Assembly (NCBI RefSeq): GCF_964204645.1
Contig: NW_027437445.1
Coordinates: forward strand, 52,937-116,936
Length of the DNA: 64,000 nt
From: Tubulanus polymorphus
Taxonomy: Eukaryota > Animalia > Nemertea
Direction: 5' to 3'
The notes under the pieces were generated by a model that worked only from the letters and a program-made list of their open reading frames with translations, did not search any database and was not told the DNA's origin. Positions within the stretch are counted from its first letter, which is position 1. Each line of letters starts with the position of its first letter. The position numbers were made by a program, and so were the translations under genes. This document shows, piece after piece, positions 62,201 to 64,000 of the stretch.

Positions 62201-64000
62201 CGTCGTTCAGCGCGAGAAAAGACGTTTTCTCTTCAACTTCTCCCCGTATCGGAAAAATGATAATGTCGATGCGTAAAAGCGCTCAAATCGACTGGAAAAG
62301 CACATTTCGACCCGAAAACGTCGTTCAGCGCGAGAAAAGACGTTTTCGTATCGAATATTCCCCCTATCGGAAAAACGACGATGTCGATGCGTAAAAGCGC
62401 TCAAATCGTCAGGAAAAGCACATTTCGGCCCGAAAACGTCGTACAGCGCGAGAAAAGACGTTTTCTCGACGGGAAAAGCACATTTCGGTCCGAAAACGTC
62501 GTTCAGCGCGAGAAAAGACGTTTTCTCGTCAACTTCTCCCCGTATCGGAAAAATGATAATGTCGATGCGCAAAAGCGCTCAAATCGACGGAAAAACACAT
62601 TTCGGCCCGAAAACGTCGTTCAGCGCGAGAAAAGACGTTTTCGTATCTAATATTCCCCCTATCGGAAAAACGACGATGTCGATGCGTAAAAGCGCTCAAA
62701 TCGTCAGGAAAAGCACATTTCGGCCCGAAAACGTCGTTCAGCGCGAGAAAAGACGTTTTCTCGTCAACTTCTCCCCGTATCGGAAAAATGATAATGTCGA
62801 TTCGTAAAAGCGCTCAAATCGACGGGAAAAGCACATTTCGACCCGAAAACGTCGTTCAGCGCGAGAATAGACGTTTTCGTATCGAATATTCCCCCTATCG
62901 GAAAAACGACGATGTCGATGCGTAAAAGCGCTCAAATCGTCAGGAAAAGCGCATTTCGGCCCGAAAACGTCGTTCAGTGCGAGAAAAGACGTTTTCTCGT
63001 CAACTTCTCCCCGTATCGGAAAAATGATAATGTCGATGAGCAAAAGCGCTCAAATCGACGGGAAAAGCACATTTCGGTCCGAAAACGTCGTTCAGCGCGA
63101 GAAAAGACGTTTTCGTATCGAATATTCGCCCTATCGGAAAAACGACGATGTCGATGCGTAAAAGCGCTCAAATCGTCAGGAAAAGCGCATTTCGGCCCGA
63201 AAACGTCGTTCAGTGCGAGAAAAGACGTTTTCTCGTCAACTTCTCCCCGTATCGGAAAAATGATAATGTCGATGCGTAAAAGCGCTCAAATCGTCAGGAA
63301 AAGCACTTTTCGACCCGAAAACGTCGTTCAGCGCAAGAAAAGACGTTTTCGTATCGAATATTCCCCCTATCGGAAAAACGATGATGTCGATGCGTAAAAG
63401 CGCTCAAATCGTCAGGAGAAGCGCATTTCGGCCCGAAAACGTCGTTCAGTGCGAGAAAAGACGTTTTCTCGTCAACTTCTCCCCGTATCGGAAAAATGAT
63501 AATGTCGATGAGCAAAAGCGCTCAAATCGACGGGAAAAGCACATTTCGGTCCGAAAACGTCGTTCAGCGCGAGAAAAGACGTTTTCTCGTCAACTTCTCC
63601 CCGTATCGGAAAAATGATAATGCCGATGCGCAAAAGCGCTCAAATCGACGGGAAAAGCACATTTCGGCCCGAAAACGTCGTTCAGCGCGAGAAAAGACGT
63701 TTTCTCGACGGGAAAAGCACATTTCGGTCCGAAAACGTCGTTCAGCGCGAGAAAAGACGTTTTCTCGTCAATTTCTCCCCGTATCGGAAAAATGATAATG
63801 TCGAAGCGCAAAAGCGCTCAAATCGACGGGAAAAGCACATTTCGGTCCGAAAACGTCGTTCAGCGCGAGAAAAGACGTTTTCTCGTCAACTTCTCCCCGT
63901 ATCGGAAAAATGATAATGCCGATGCGCAAAAGCGCTCAAATCGACGGGAAAAGCACATTTCGGCCCGAAAACGTCGTTCAGCGCGAGAAAAGACGTTTTC
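14217..64000 (+). repeat. Tandem satellite array: 118-bp monomers (types A and B) plus a 60-bp deletion monomer, with higher-order duplications; possibly centromeric or pericentromeric
   Basis: Type A: AACGTCGTTCAGCGCGAGAAAAGACGTTTTCTCGTCAACTTCTCCCCGTATCGGAAAAATGATAATGTCGATGCGCAAAAGCGCTCAAATCGACGGGAAAAGCACATTTCGGCCCGAA (118 bp). Type B replaces the middle with TTTTCGTATCGAATATTCCCCCTATCGGAAAAACGACGATG. All monomers are head-to-tail in one orientation to the end of the window. Confidence 0.98.

Noticed and set aside
14275-63913. Hundreds of ORFs (MSMRKSAQ..., RKRRSAREK...) on both strands
   Set aside because: They are translations of the 118/60-bp satellite; frames shift with each monomer and show no protein-like features.
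14217-64000. CRISPR-like array (conserved palindromic segment alternating with variable segments)
   Set aside because: The variable parts are only two or three recurring variants, not unique spacers, and there are no cas genes.

Overview
The window has two parts. Bases 1-14216 are the right-hand ~14.2 kb of an AT-rich Polinton/Maverick (polintovirus-like) element. It encodes a protein-primed PolB (5' end outside the window) interrupted at motif C by a LAGLIDADG-containing intein, a zinc-finger/VLTF3-like protein, minor and major capsid proteins, a block of membrane proteins, an RVE integrase with a chromodomain, an A32-like packaging ATPase, a probable OB-fold protein and a zinc-finger protein. 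The element ends in a typical ...ACT-3' terminus. The major capsid and ATPase genes each carry one in-frame TAA, and two other genes have single homopolymer frameshifts. Bases 14217-64000 are an uninterrupted ~50 kb CpG-rich satellite array (two 118-bp monomer types plus a 60-bp deletion monomer) with nested higher-order duplications; every ORF called there is a repeat artefact. The best candidates for something new are: (a) a ~286-nt, extensively base-paired + strand RNA (12546-12831) with 20 G-U wobbles, two hairpins sharing a self-complementary GGCGCC loop, a TATA box at -31 and TTTT at its 3' end; (b) a poxvirus-late-type TAAATG start on 13 of 15 genes, together with an element-encoded VLTF3-like factor; (c) a giant-virus-type intein inside a Polinton pPolB. 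Family assignments come from motif recognition only, since no database search was run. The host cannot be identified from the sequence.
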